Of a DNA stretch of 64,000 nucleotides, positions 35,049 through 45,126 are shown piece after piece. Within the stretch, counting starts at the first letter, position 1. Every line of letters begins with the position of its first letter. The notes below the pieces were generated by a model. The model saw only the letters and a program-made list of their open reading frames with translations. It was not told the DNA's origin and searched no databases. The stretch is taken from contig CAWBLF010000003.1 of NCBI GenBank assembly GCA_963789635.1, forward strand, positions 204,364 to 268,363. Reading direction: 5' to 3'. The stretch comes from an uncultured bacterium. Its GTDB lineage: Bacteria; Patescibacteriota; Minisyncoccia; Phycocordibacterales; Zambryskibacteraceae. A program made the translations under genes and the position numbers.

Positions 35049-36206
35049 ATGATCAAGTCAGAAAGACAATCCGGCCAAGGCTTAACCTTGGCAATAAAAA
35101 AACAAGGCAAACAAACGGTTTTTGTCGGGCTTTCCGGAGGAGTGGACTCCGCGGTATCGGCGGCCATACTAAAAAGGGATTTTAATGTCGTCGGTGTGTT
35201 CATCAAAGTATGGACTCCTGATTTTTTGCCTTGCACATGGAGAGAGGATAGACGTGACGCCATGCGTGTCTGCGCGCATTTGGATATTTCTTTTCTTACG
35301 TTGGATTTGGAAAAAGAATACAAAAAGGAAGTTGTTGATTATATGATTCGCGAGTATAAAGAGGGAAGGACCCCAAATCCTGATGTAATGTGCAATAAAG
35401 AAATAAAATTCGGTGCATTTTATGATTTTGCGATGAAACACGGTGCAGACTATATAGCCACCGGACATTATGCCTTGACTCACACATCTGAAGAAAACGA
35501 TTTTGAATTGAGAGAAGCCAAAGATAAAGCCAAAGAACAAAGCTATTTTTTGTGGAATATTAAAAAAGAACAACTTCCTCATATTTTGTTTCCAATAGGG
35601 AAAATGAACAAATCAGAGGTTAGAAAACTGGCGAAAAAATTTAAATTGCCCAACGCGGAGAAGAAAGACAGCCAAGGACTTTGTTTTATTGGGAAAGTCG
35701 ATATGAAAGATTTTCTTCATCATTTCATTAAAGAAAAAAATGGCAACGTGCTTGACGTGAAGGGTAAAAAAATCGGCACTCACAGTGGAGTGGCTTTTTT
35801 GACTATTGGTCAACGACACGGTTTTGTCGTCGATAATAAGAAAACTTCATCAAAACCACTTTATATAATCGCTAAAAATATCAAAAGAAACACAATTACT
35901 GTTTCAGAACTTAAATCGAAAGACGTGAGAGAGATTGGAGAAAAAATTTGTCTTTTGGAAAAAACAAATTGGTTAGCAGAACCGGATAAAAACAAAAGTT
36001 ATGATATTCGTTTCAGATACCATCAGACTCCATTAGAAGGAAAGATAGAAAAATATTATGCTGAGAAGCATAAAAATGGTTCAAGAAATGCGGTTTCAAA
36101 CCTGTGGCAGGTCAAGCTCTCAAAGCCATTTGCGGGTATTTCTCCCGGGCAGTCCGCGGTCGTTTATGACAAACAACGACTGATAGGCGGAGGAATAATT
36201 TTGTAG
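35049..36206 (+). CDS. mnmA: tRNA 2-thiouridine(34) synthase MnmA
   Basis: PP-loop VGLSGGVDSAV, KDQSYFL-like KEQSYFLW. The first 13 codons overlap a palindrome copy (35072-35095), so the TTG at 35088 is an alternative start. Confidence 0.85.
   Translation: MIKSERQSGQGLTLAIKKQGKQTVFVGLSGGVDSAVSAAILKRDFNVVGVFIKVWTPDFLPCTWREDRRDAMRVCAHLDISFLTLDLEKEYKKEVVDYMIREYKEGRTPNPDVMCNKEIKFGAFYDFAMKHGADYIATGHYALTHTSEENDFELREAKDKAKEQSYFLWNIKKEQLPHILFPIGKMNKSEVRKLAKKFKLPNAEKKDSQGLCFIGKVDMKDFLHHFIKEKNGNVLDVKGKKIGTHSGVAFLTIGQRHGFVVDNKKTSSKPLYIIAKNIKRNTITVSELKSKDVREIGEKICLLEKTNWLAEPDKNKSYDIRFRYHQTPLEGKIEKYYAEKHKNGSRNAVSNLWQVKLSKPFAGISPGQSAVVYDKQRLIGGGIIL
35072..35095. repeat. diverged copy of the island palindrome
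   Basis: ggccaagg cttaa ccttggca, against tgccgagg cttaa cctcggca; both arms changed in a compensatory way. Confidence 0.6.
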
Positions 36207-36293
36207 ATTCTAGTTTATACAATCATTTTTTAGCTTTGGTGGTATGCCAATCGCTGGCTAGAAGCTTTATACTCTTTCGGTTATACTAATGAA

Positions 36294-37127
36294 ATGAATC
36301 AAAATAACCATATAACGGTAATAAAAGCGAGTGGACAAAAGCAGTTTTTTGACAGTGACAAATTTCTTGGCTCGCTTGTATCTGCTGGGGCAGATCCCAA
36401 AACAGCTGAAGGAATAGTCGATCATATTACCGAGGAGATCAAAGACGGAATGTCTACGAATCAAATTTTCAAACACGCTTTTTTTCTTTTGAGAAAATCC
36501 CAAAAGCACGTTGCTGCCAGATATTCATTGCGTAGAGCTATTATGGATCTTGGACCGTCGGGTTTTCCATTTGAAAATTATGTGTCAGAAATTTTGAAGC
36601 AAAAGGGATATAACGTGCTGACCGACCAGCATGTGCTTGGTGGTTGTGTTGAACACGAGATCGATGTGGTGGCTTGGAATGAAAACAAACTAATTATGGC
36701 TGAGGCCAAATTTCATAATGAATTGGGTTTGAAAAGCGATCTCAAGGTGGCGCTTTATGTCAAAGCAAGAATGGATGATCTTAAGGAAATGAAATATCAT
36801 TACGGCAAAGATCGTCAAGTGGATGAAGGATGGCTTATTACGAACACAAAATTTACGGAAACAGCCATACATTATGGCGAATGCAAGGGGTTAATCATGA
36901 TTGGTTGGAATTATCCAAACAAAGGCAATCTTCAGGATATGATTGAAGACGGAGATCTGCATCCATTGACTTGTCTTTCCACTTTGTCCGGTTCACAAAA
37001 AAACTCGCTTTTATCCAGAGGTATTGTTTTATGCAAGAATCTAAAAGATGATAGCTCGTTACTTCGATCACTCGGTTTAAATAAAGAAAAGTCGGATAAA
37101 GTTTTGGATGAAATCACAAATTTATAA
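36294..37127 (+). CDS. ATP-cone domain fused to Mrr-like restriction-endonuclease-fold domain
   Basis: N-terminus ITVIKASGQKQFFDSDKF...STNQIF (ATP-cone pattern); centre EIDVVAW...IMAEAKF (D...ExK). Confidence 0.65.
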   Translation: MNQNNHITVIKASGQKQFFDSDKFLGSLVSAGADPKTAEGIVDHITEEIKDGMSTNQIFKHAFFLLRKSQKHVAARYSLRRAIMDLGPSGFPFENYVSEILKQKGYNVLTDQHVLGGCVEHEIDVVAWNENKLIMAEAKFHNELGLKSDLKVALYVKARMDDLKEMKYHYGKDRQVDEGWLITNTKFTETAIHYGECKGLIMIGWNYPNKGNLQDMIEDGDLHPLTCLSTLSGSQKNSLLSRGIVLCKNLKDDSSLLRSLGLNKEKSDKVLDEITNL

Positions 37128-37129
37128 CA

Positions 37130-37945
37130 ATGTCTCAGTATTATAATTCACGAAGAACAAAAAACCTTTTTGATCCGAAAAGCAAAGAACCTTTTCGGTT
37201 TTCCAGATCGAAAATTGATCTGTTTGTTCAGTGTCCACGTTGTTTTTATTTTGACCAGCGTTTGGGTGTGGGGCGACCATCGAGTTTTCCTTTGACGCTA
37301 AATAATGCGGTAGACGAGTTGATGAAAAAAGAGTTTGATATTCACCGTGTAGCGAAAAGTCAACATCCTTTGATGAAAACTTACGGCATTGACGCGATAC
37401 CGCTGGACGATCCTCGTATGGATGAGTGGCGTGATGCGTTGAGACGGGGCATTTCGTATCACGATAAGGAACTCAATATAATATTGCGGGGCGGGGTGGA
37501 TGATGTATGGGTAAATCCAAAAGGCGACTTAATTATCGTTGACTACAAAGCTACAAGTAGTAAAAACGAGGTTACCCTTGATGACGAGTGGAAAATTCAA
37601 TATAAGAGACAAATGGAGATTTACCAGTGGCTTTTTATGAAAAATGGCTTCAAGGTGTCAAATACGGGTTATTTTGTCTATGTAAACGGCAAAACAGACA
37701 AAAAAGCTTTGGATGGCAAACTGGAGTTTGATGTGACTGTGATTCCATACACTGGAAATACGGATTGGGTAGAAGGCATTCTAGTGAATTTAAAGAAGTG
37801 TCTTGTGGATGACCGTATACCCAAAGCCAATCCGGATTGCGATTATTGCAGTTATATTGAATCAATAAATAATGTCGCGCGGGAAAGAGCCACCAAAAAA
37901 ATTGAAACAGGAAAAGCAGATGACAATAAAAAGACTTTATTCTAA
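37130..37945 (+). CDS. Cas4/RecB-like PD-(D/E)xK nuclease with Cys cluster
   Basis: CPRC near the N-terminus and CDYC near the C-terminus, GGVDDVW...IIVDYK, QYKRQMEIYQW (QxxxY). Confidence 0.65.
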   Translation: MSQYYNSRRTKNLFDPKSKEPFRFSRSKIDLFVQCPRCFYFDQRLGVGRPSSFPLTLNNAVDELMKKEFDIHRVAKSQHPLMKTYGIDAIPLDDPRMDEWRDALRRGISYHDKELNIILRGGVDDVWVNPKGDLIIVDYKATSSKNEVTLDDEWKIQYKRQMEIYQWLFMKNGFKVSNTGYFVYVNGKTDKKALDGKLEFDVTVIPYTGNTDWVEGILVNLKKCLVDDRIPKANPDCDYCSYIESINNVARERATKKIETGKADDNKKTLF

Positions 37946-39762
37946 TGAAGAAAAATTTTTCCACAGATACAACATTGCTCGATTATTTGAACAGCACCTA
38001 CCTTAAACTTCACGAAGAGTATGAAAAGCTATTTTGGGTTTCTTATATGGGAGACCATAGTGTAGATAAAAAAATGACACAAGCAATGAAGTCTACAGAT
38101 TCTTTTCGGTCAAACAAAAAACTTAAAACAGAGGTAGAAAGTCATATAAAAAATTCAAAAGGAGAGATAAAAGACCGACTTGAGGTTTGGAACAAGTTTT
38201 TTGGCATTTTTCAGATTCCCAAAAACGCCGCCACGATCAAAGCCAAGGCCATCGAGTTGGAGTCAGAAGTCATGAAAAAACATTCAAAAAGAAAAGAAGG
38301 TTATATAGATCCGGACTCAGGAAAATTTATTGAAGCGTCTAGGAATAAAATGTCTTTCCTGATGAGGACAAACAACAATGAAAAAGTAAGAAAGGCATGT
38401 TTTGAGAGTTTGGAAAGACTGGCTCTCGATTCCGTAAGCGATTTTGTCAAACTTGTTAAATTAAGAAATAAATTTGCGAAAGTTCTTGGTTATGAGGATT
38501 TTTATGACTACAAAATTCACCTTGATGAGGGGATGAGCAAAAAGGAAATATTTTCGATTTTTGAGGATGTTTACAGTAAGACAAAATATGCTTTTAAAAA
38601 TGTACGAAAATTGGAAAAAATTTACCCTGATATTAAGAAACCTTGGAATTTTTCGTTTGTTCTCGTTGGTGATTTTGTTAAAGAAGAAGACCAATATTTC
38701 CAGTTTGAAAACGCGCTTATGCTATGGGGAAAATCTTTCCAGGCGCTTGGAGTAGATTATCGTGGCGGTTCCATAAATTTGGATTTGATTGACAGAAAAG
38801 GCAAACACAGCAACGGTTTTTGCCATTGGCCGACGCCGGTACATTTTGAACATGGCAAAAGAATTCCTGGAGTATGCGATTTTACATCAAACGCCGTCGT
38901 CAACCAGATTGGGTCAGGGATAAACGGCATTAATACCATTTTTCACGAGGCAGGTCATGCCGCTCACTTGTTAAATTCGGAGCAAAAAGATTGCTGTCTT
39001 AATACCGAATATCCTCCTTCGACTGTTTCGTGGGCAGAAACTCAAAGCATGTTTTTAGATTCTGTATCTTCTAGTATTGAATGGAGAACCAGGTACGCAA
39101 AAAATAAAAAAGGGGAGCCATATCCATTTGCGCTTTATGAAAAAAAGATCAGGAAAATGCAACCATTGATTCCACTCGATATGATGAGCCTAATGTTTGT
39201 AGTTTTTTTTGAAAAGGAAATATATGAATGCAAGAATCTCACTGCGGACAAAGCCGTTAAAATTGCAAAAAAAATGTATAAAAAATATTTTGACCGTCAC
39301 TACGATTCGGTATCGGCTTTTAATGTGCCGCACATTTATAACTGGGAAAGCTCGGCGTATTATCACGGGTATGGGCTTGCCGATCTTGGAGTTGATCAGT
39401 GGAGAGAATATTTTTACAAAAAATACGGCTACATTGTAGATAATCCGAATGTCGGCAAGGAAATGCGTGAAGTTTGGAAATATGCTGCGCTTTATACGTC
39501 TCGTGAATTTATAAAAATGGCCACCGGCAAACCGCTTGGACCGGATGCTTATATAAAAAGTGTTACAAAATCCATAGATCAAATTTTGTCAGAAGCAAAA
39601 TTAAAAATTAAAAGGCTAAAAAAAGTTCCCAAAGTGAATAGGGCGGTAAAATTGAACGCACAGATTTCTATGTACCATGGTAAAAAGAAAATTGCCGACA
39701 ATAAAAAAAGTTTTGAAAATATGGATAGGACTTACCGAGCGTGGCTAAAAACTGTAAAATAA
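37945..39762 (+). CDS. M3-family oligoendopeptidase (PepF-like)
   Basis: 605 aa; Zn site FHEAGHAAH; overlaps the upstream stop. Confidence 0.7.
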   Translation: MKKNFSTDTTLLDYLNSTYLKLHEEYEKLFWVSYMGDHSVDKKMTQAMKSTDSFRSNKKLKTEVESHIKNSKGEIKDRLEVWNKFFGIFQIPKNAATIKAKAIELESEVMKKHSKRKEGYIDPDSGKFIEASRNKMSFLMRTNNNEKVRKACFESLERLALDSVSDFVKLVKLRNKFAKVLGYEDFYDYKIHLDEGMSKKEIFSIFEDVYSKTKYAFKNVRKLEKIYPDIKKPWNFSFVLVGDFVKEEDQYFQFENALMLWGKSFQALGVDYRGGSINLDLIDRKGKHSNGFCHWPTPVHFEHGKRIPGVCDFTSNAVVNQIGSGINGINTIFHEAGHAAHLLNSEQKDCCLNTEYPPSTVSWAETQSMFLDSVSSSIEWRTRYAKNKKGEPYPFALYEKKIRKMQPLIPLDMMSLMFVVFFEKEIYECKNLTADKAVKIAKKMYKKYFDRHYDSVSAFNVPHIYNWESSAYYHGYGLADLGVDQWREYFYKKYGYIVDNPNVGKEMREVWKYAALYTSREFIKMATGKPLGPDAYIKSVTKSIDQILSEAKLKIKRLKKVPKVNRAVKLNAQISMYHGKKKIADNKKSFENMDRTYRAWLKTVK

Positions 39763-39767
39763 GACTT

Positions 39768-41516
39768 ATGGATTCAAACCAAATAAGAAAAAGATTCTTG
39801 GATTTTTTTGAAAAAAGAGGGCATAAGGTTATTCCTTCGGCTTCGCTTGTACCGGCCAATGATCCGTCGGTGCTTTTTAACACAGCAGGTATGCAACCAC
39901 TTGTGCCGTATCTCCTCGGCGAACCGCATCCGTCAGGAAAACGTTTGGTCAATTTTCAAAAATGCGTAAGAACACAAGATATTGACGAAATAGGGGACAA
40001 CACCCATGTAACATTTTTTGAAATGCTCGGCAATTGGTCGCTCGGTGATTATTTCAAAGAAGACGCTATTATGTGGAGCTATGAATTGCTCACTTCAAAA
40101 TCCGAAGGTTTTGGGTTGGATGCTAGTCGTCTCTATATAACTGTCTTTGAAGGTGATGAAAATGCTCCCAAGGACGAAGAGTCGGCCGAATTTTGGGAAA
40201 AAGCCGGAATTTCCAAAAAACGAATTTATTTTGTGTCTGCAAAGTCAAACTGGTGGAGTGCCGGAAACAGTGGACCATGCGGGCCCGACACGGAAATGTT
40301 TTATGACATCACTCTGGAAGGGTTGGGAGATTTGACCAAAGAGCAATTTATTGAAGCCGACTCTAAACAGAAGGTTGTTGAAATTTGGAATAATGTGTTT
40401 ATGGAATATGAAAAAAGAGACGGGAAAGTAACCGGCAAACTTAAAAATAGAAATGTTGACACCGGTATGGGGTTAGAGCGAGTAGCGATGGTCTTGCAGA
40501 ACAAAGATAATATTTTTGAAACAGATTTGTTTGATTCGGTTATAAACATAATAAAAAAGGAATCAAAAAATTATAACGAAAAATCGGCAAGAATCGTCGC
40601 AGACCATATTCGTACCGCAGTATTCATAATTGCCGATGGAGTCGTACCCAGCAATACCGACAGGGGATATATCCTTCGCAGATTGTTACGAAGAGCAATA
40701 CGTTTTTCTGATACTTTGCAGATTGACAGTGGTTCGTTGATTGAAATTGCCAAAGCCGTTGTCATTAAGTATTCATCCATTTATCCGGAGTTGGTGGAAA
40801 ACGCAAACAATATAAATATTGAGATTGGGGCAGAAGAACAAAAATTTCGAGAAACCTTGTCACGCGGGATGAAAGAATTTGAAAAGGGGACAGACGCTTT
40901 TACTTTGTTTACCACATACGGTTTTCCATTTGAATTGACAGAAGAATTGGCAAAAGAAAAAGGACAAACCATAGACCGCGCCGAATTTGACGAGAAAATG
41001 AAAAGTCACCAAAGACTTTCTCACACATCCTCAGCAGGAATGTTTAAAGGGGGCCTGGCCAACCAAAATGAACAGACTGTGAGGCTTCACACGGCGCACC
41101 ATCTTCTCCTATCTGCTTTAAAAGAAGTTCTTGGAAAAGAAGTGAAGCAGAAGGGAAGCAACATTACCGAAGAACGTTTAAGAATGGACTTTCTATTTCC
41201 GCGCAAAATGACAGAAGAGGAGAAACAAAAAGTGGAAGATATTGTAAATCAAAGGATAAAATCCGATTTGGTGGTAGTTCGAAAGGAAATGCCAAGAATC
41301 GAAGCAGAGACCCTGGGTGCCGAGATGGAATTTGGCGCAAAGTATCCTGACGTAGTCTCCATATATTTTATTCAGGACAAAGATGGCAACGTGATTTCCA
41401 AAGAATTTTGCGGAGGTCCGCATGTGGAACATACTGGAATTTTAGGAACATTTAAAATTCAAAAAGAAGAAGCGGTTTCTGCTGGTGTGAGAAGAATCAA
41501 GGCGACTTTGCAGTAA
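39768..41516 (+). CDS. alaS: alanyl-tRNA synthetase, short form (catalytic + editing, no C-Ala domain)
   Basis: FNTAGMQP, WSLGDYF, GPCGPDTEMFYD, editing HTAHHLL and CGGPHV; start at MDSNQIRKRF (track start 39741). Confidence 0.9.
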   Translation: MDSNQIRKRFLDFFEKRGHKVIPSASLVPANDPSVLFNTAGMQPLVPYLLGEPHPSGKRLVNFQKCVRTQDIDEIGDNTHVTFFEMLGNWSLGDYFKEDAIMWSYELLTSKSEGFGLDASRLYITVFEGDENAPKDEESAEFWEKAGISKKRIYFVSAKSNWWSAGNSGPCGPDTEMFYDITLEGLGDLTKEQFIEADSKQKVVEIWNNVFMEYEKRDGKVTGKLKNRNVDTGMGLERVAMVLQNKDNIFETDLFDSVINIIKKESKNYNEKSARIVADHIRTAVFIIADGVVPSNTDRGYILRRLLRRAIRFSDTLQIDSGSLIEIAKAVVIKYSSIYPELVENANNINIEIGAEEQKFRETLSRGMKEFEKGTDAFTLFTTYGFPFELTEELAKEKGQTIDRAEFDEKMKSHQRLSHTSSAGMFKGGLANQNEQTVRLHTAHHLLLSALKEVLGKEVKQKGSNITEERLRMDFLFPRKMTEEEKQKVEDIVNQRIKSDLVVVRKEMPRIEAETLGAEMEFGAKYPDVVSIYFIQDKDGNVISKEFCGGPHVEHTGILGTFKIQKEEAVSAGVRRIKATLQ

Positions 41517-41576
41517 AAAACACAATTTTAGTTTTTGACTACTGACTACGGGACACTATTCAGTTATAATGTAATT

Positions 41577-42773
41577 ATGTTTGGAACTAAACATGATCAC
41601 CTGTCACTGGTTTGCTACATAGGAAGCGCCACAGTAAGCGCCAGCGTTGTTCGTTTTTCAGAAAAAGTAAAACCGACAATACTGGCGAGTGTCTCACTTC
41701 CTATTTCACTTGTTGATGACCACAAGGTCGCTAGCCTTGAAACAAAAGTTCTCAGTCTAATGGAGCAAGCGTTGGTCTCCCTTGTTTCTAAGGAGATTCC
41801 AAAGCTGGGCTCTGCTGTCATTAAGCGAAAAAAAATAGGTTATGCCCAAGTGGTACTTTCCTCTCCTTGGTATATTTCAAAATCAGCGCAAATCAATATC
41901 AGTAAGGAAAAATCTTTCGTACTTAACGATAGTATCTTGCATGAAACTTTGAGTGAACAAGAAAAAATTTTTGAAAAAGAGACTTTGGAGGGCAACTATC
42001 AGTCTATGGCAGGGGAAGATATTCATATGATTGAAAGAGAGGCGTTGTCCGTGTCATTGAACGGATACAACACGCCCAATCCTTATGACAAACATACTAG
42101 GTATGCGGATTTATCGTTGTATATGAGCTTAGCGCCACAAAAATTTTTGACAAAAATAAGCGAAATCGTCAAAAAACATTTTCACATTTACAAGATTAAA
42201 TTTCACACCACATCTTTGGTTTTTTTCAGAACAATTTCATCACTTTTCCCGCACGAATCAGAAGCTTTACTTATAGAAGTGGATGGAGAGTCATCTCAGG
42301 CCACTCTTGTTTCTGGCAATAGCATTGTGAGTTCCGAAAATTTTGGATACGGCCGAAATAACACATTAAGAGAAATGATGGATAAACTTGGCGTCACACA
42401 GGAGATCGCCATTTCATCACTGCGTCTTATGGAATCTGGGACACTTGGTGATGAGGCAAAAATTAGTTTGCAAAAAGCACTATCGGATGATGCCAATAAT
42501 TGGAACAATAGACTGACCGGTCTTTTGAGCGAAATTAAAATTCATAAACCACTGCCTTCTGTCTGTTTTCTGCTTTGTGACGAAGATGTATCCACCGTTT
42601 TTATGGAAAGGGTGAAAGAAGTTGGTTCAAAGTTTGATATTTCACACATTATTGCCGTAAATGCAAAAGTGTTAAATACTCACGTTGCCATCGGAAAATT
42701 TGTCGTGGCCAATGATTTTACTCTTCTTCATTCCCTATATTTTATGTTGAATGATGTTTACACAGGTTGGTAA
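41577..42773 (+). CDS. hypothetical protein, possibly actin-fold (FtsA/PilM-like) ATPase
   Basis: ATG at 41577, 6 nt after TATAAT; YIGSATVSA and LIEVDGESSQATLV resemble phosphate-1/2 motifs; weak call. Confidence 0.4.
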   Translation: MFGTKHDHLSLVCYIGSATVSASVVRFSEKVKPTILASVSLPISLVDDHKVASLETKVLSLMEQALVSLVSKEIPKLGSAVIKRKKIGYAQVVLSSPWYISKSAQINISKEKSFVLNDSILHETLSEQEKIFEKETLEGNYQSMAGEDIHMIEREALSVSLNGYNTPNPYDKHTRYADLSLYMSLAPQKFLTKISEIVKKHFHIYKIKFHTTSLVFFRTISSLFPHESEALLIEVDGESSQATLVSGNSIVSSENFGYGRNNTLREMMDKLGVTQEIAISSLRLMESGTLGDEAKISLQKALSDDANNWNNRLTGLLSEIKIHKPLPSVCFLLCDEDVSTVFMERVKEVGSKFDISHIIAVNAKVLNTHVAIGKFVVANDFTLLHSLYFMLNDVYTGW

Positions 42774-42831
42774 TGCTATTTTGTTTAAAATGTATTAGAA
42801 TACAGGGAAGTTAAATATTTAATTACAAGTA

Positions 42832-44202
42832 ATGGCTAAGAATATTTTGCAAGACATCGTTCCGCCGGAAAAACGTTCAATCAGGAACATCCCCGTGCCG
42901 GCGCGCAGAAGACCATTTATCCAGGCACCGCTATCAACGCCTAGAGAATTTGCCAATGATGTTCGTTCAGAAAGGGATACCGAAGCAAAAGACAATGATT
43001 CGATCGAGTCTGATAATAATGTCGCTCGCGTGTATCCGTACAATGAAGAGGTGGGGACAGGTTCAAAACGTCCCAAAAAGGGTATTTGGATTGTATCCGG
43101 AATTGTTGTAGTTATTTTGCTTTTAACGATATTTTCTTTGTTTACCAGTGCGACCGTCACAGTAACCCCGAACAAAGAAACCTTAAATGGAGGTAATACT
43201 GTGTTTTCCGCTTACCAAGGTGACCACGGTAGCGGCGTTCCTTACAAAATTGTAAAAATTACTCAAAATCTTGGCCAGACTGTTCCTGCAACGGGCGAAG
43301 TAAACCAATCCACAAAGGCAAGCGGACAAATAGTTATTTACAATAATTACAGTTCAAGTTCACAAAAATTGGTGGCTAATACGCGCTTTGAGACACCGGA
43401 GGGTTTAATTTTTAGAATCAACCAAGCCGTTGTGGTGCCTGGAAGTAGTACTAAGAATGGTATTATTTTGCCCGGCTCATTGACTGTCACCGTGTATGCG
43501 GACCAACCCGGTGACACATACAATATTCCTCTCAAAGACTTTACTATCCCTGGTTTGAAGAATGATCCACGTTACAAATATATTTATGCCCGCTCAAAGA
43601 CACCGATGACAGGTGGTTTTGTAGGAACAGTCAAAAACGTATCACCATCCGATCTTGCTACAGCAGAAGCGACTATAGACGCAAACTTGAAGGTGGCTCT
43701 TATGCAGGAGATTACTTCTCAAGTGTCTAGTAGTTCTGTGGTATTCCCCGACGGAATATTTACCACTTTTTCTTCTCTGCCACAGTCGCAAGGCTCGGAC
43801 AAATCTGTGCAAGTCAATGAACAAGGCACATTAACAGCGATTGTGTTTGACCAAAGTGCTTTGACCAATTATATAGAACAGACACTCAGTTCTAAATATG
43901 TGAACACTCCAAATCATATTGCTTCCATATCAGCATTACCGTTTGCCATACAAAACAAAGCCACCTTCGATCCAAATCGTGATACCTTGTTTACATTTAC
44001 TTTGACCAGCGATATCAATGTCGTAGCGGATTTTGATCAAACCAAGCTTGCAAGCGATTTGGCGGGGAAACCCAAGTCGAGCATTGAAGCAATTCTTGGT
44101 CAGTATCCAGGGATAGCATCAATTCGAGCAGTCATCAGTCCTTTCTGGAAAGGTTCGTTCCCGACTGACACAAAGAAGATTTCTATTGTTATTGCAAAGT
44201 AG
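42832..44202 (+). CDS. hypothetical membrane-anchored protein
   Basis: 456 aa, one TM helix near residue 90, beta-rich Ser/Thr-rich ectodomain. Confidence 0.5.
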   Translation: MAKNILQDIVPPEKRSIRNIPVPARRRPFIQAPLSTPREFANDVRSERDTEAKDNDSIESDNNVARVYPYNEEVGTGSKRPKKGIWIVSGIVVVILLLTIFSLFTSATVTVTPNKETLNGGNTVFSAYQGDHGSGVPYKIVKITQNLGQTVPATGEVNQSTKASGQIVIYNNYSSSSQKLVANTRFETPEGLIFRINQAVVVPGSSTKNGIILPGSLTVTVYADQPGDTYNIPLKDFTIPGLKNDPRYKYIYARSKTPMTGGFVGTVKNVSPSDLATAEATIDANLKVALMQEITSQVSSSSVVFPDGIFTTFSSLPQSQGSDKSVQVNEQGTLTAIVFDQSALTNYIEQTLSSKYVNTPNHIASISALPFAIQNKATFDPNRDTLFTFTLTSDINVVADFDQTKLASDLAGKPKSSIEAILGQYPGIASIRAVISPFWKGSFPTDTKKISIVIAK

Positions 44203-44229
44203 AGGAAGTATTATAGTCAAACTATCTAA

Positions 44230-44454
44230 ATGGATATCAAAACCAAAGGAAAAGACACAATTATCATAGGTATTATTACGGAAGCTCTTCCCAATACACA
44301 CTTTCGCATCCAGCCAGAAGGTGGTGGTGACATTATTATGGCTTACCTTGGCGGTAAAATGAAGATGCACAAGATAAGGGTTTTGGTAGGCGACAAGGTA
44401 GAAGTGCTTATAGACCCGTATGGCGGTAAAGGAAGGATTATTAGAAGACTATAG
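44230..44454 (+). CDS. infA: translation initiation factor IF-1
   Basis: 74 aa S1-like; ALPNTHFRI...ILAYLGGKMKMHKIRVLVGDKV pattern. Confidence 0.92.
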   Translation: MDIKTKGKDTIIIGIITEALPNTHFRIQPEGGGDIIMAYLGGKMKMHKIRVLVGDKVEVLIDPYGGKGRIIRRL

Positions 44455-44570
44455 CGATAAGATGGCATCCCCACGATTGGGGCTAAAAAGCTTGACAAAA
44501 TAAGCCACTATATTAGAATAGCTCATTACATTGTCCCAATGGGCTTTTGTGTTTGTATTTTTATATTTTT

Positions 44571-44687
44571 ATGAAAGTTAGAGCTTCAGTCAAAAAAATA
44601 TGTTCACAATGTCAGGTAGTTCGCAGAAAGGGCTACGTGTATGTGATTTGCAAGGCAAATGCAAGACACAAACAAAGACAGGGATAG
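44571..44687 (+). CDS. rpmJ: ribosomal protein L36 (not in ORF track)
   Basis: [38 protein letters not shown], 38 aa. Confidence 0.92.
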   Translation: MKVRASVKKICSQCQVVRRKGYVYVICKANARHKQRQG

Positions 44688-44744
44688 TATGATATCGGTT
44701 TCATGCATTTATCTATATATAGTTTATCCATACAAAAATAAACA

Positions 44745-45125
44745 ATGCGTATTCTAGGCATAACTCTTCCGGAAAACAAAAGAATTGAAATTGGACTCAC
44801 TGCAGTCTACGGTATTGGACGTCCCAGAGCTCATATTATTTTGGACAAAGCAAAGGTAGATCCTGGTTTGAAGCCCAAGGATATCTCCGTCTCACAAGAA
44901 AATGAAATCAGAAAAATTGTAGAGACCATGAAGCTCGAAGGGGATTTGAAACGTGAAGTCGCAGGCAACATAAAGCGTCTCAAAGATATCAAATCTTATC
45001 GGGGTCTGCGTCATGGCAAAGTTCTTCCGGTTCGTGGACAACGCACAAAAACAAATTCACGCACACGCCGTGGTAACGTGCGTAAAACCATGGGCACAGG
45101 ACGTAAGGTAGCTGAAAAGACATAA
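44745..45125 (+). CDS. rpsM: ribosomal protein S13
   Basis: MRILGITLP...YGIGRPRA...YRGLRH. Confidence 0.95.
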   Translation: MRILGITLPENKRIEIGLTAVYGIGRPRAHIILDKAKVDPGLKPKDISVSQENEIRKIVETMKLEGDLKREVAGNIKRLKDIKSYRGLRHGKVLPVRGQRTKTNSRTRRGNVRKTMGTGRKVAEKT

Positions 45126-45126
45126 A

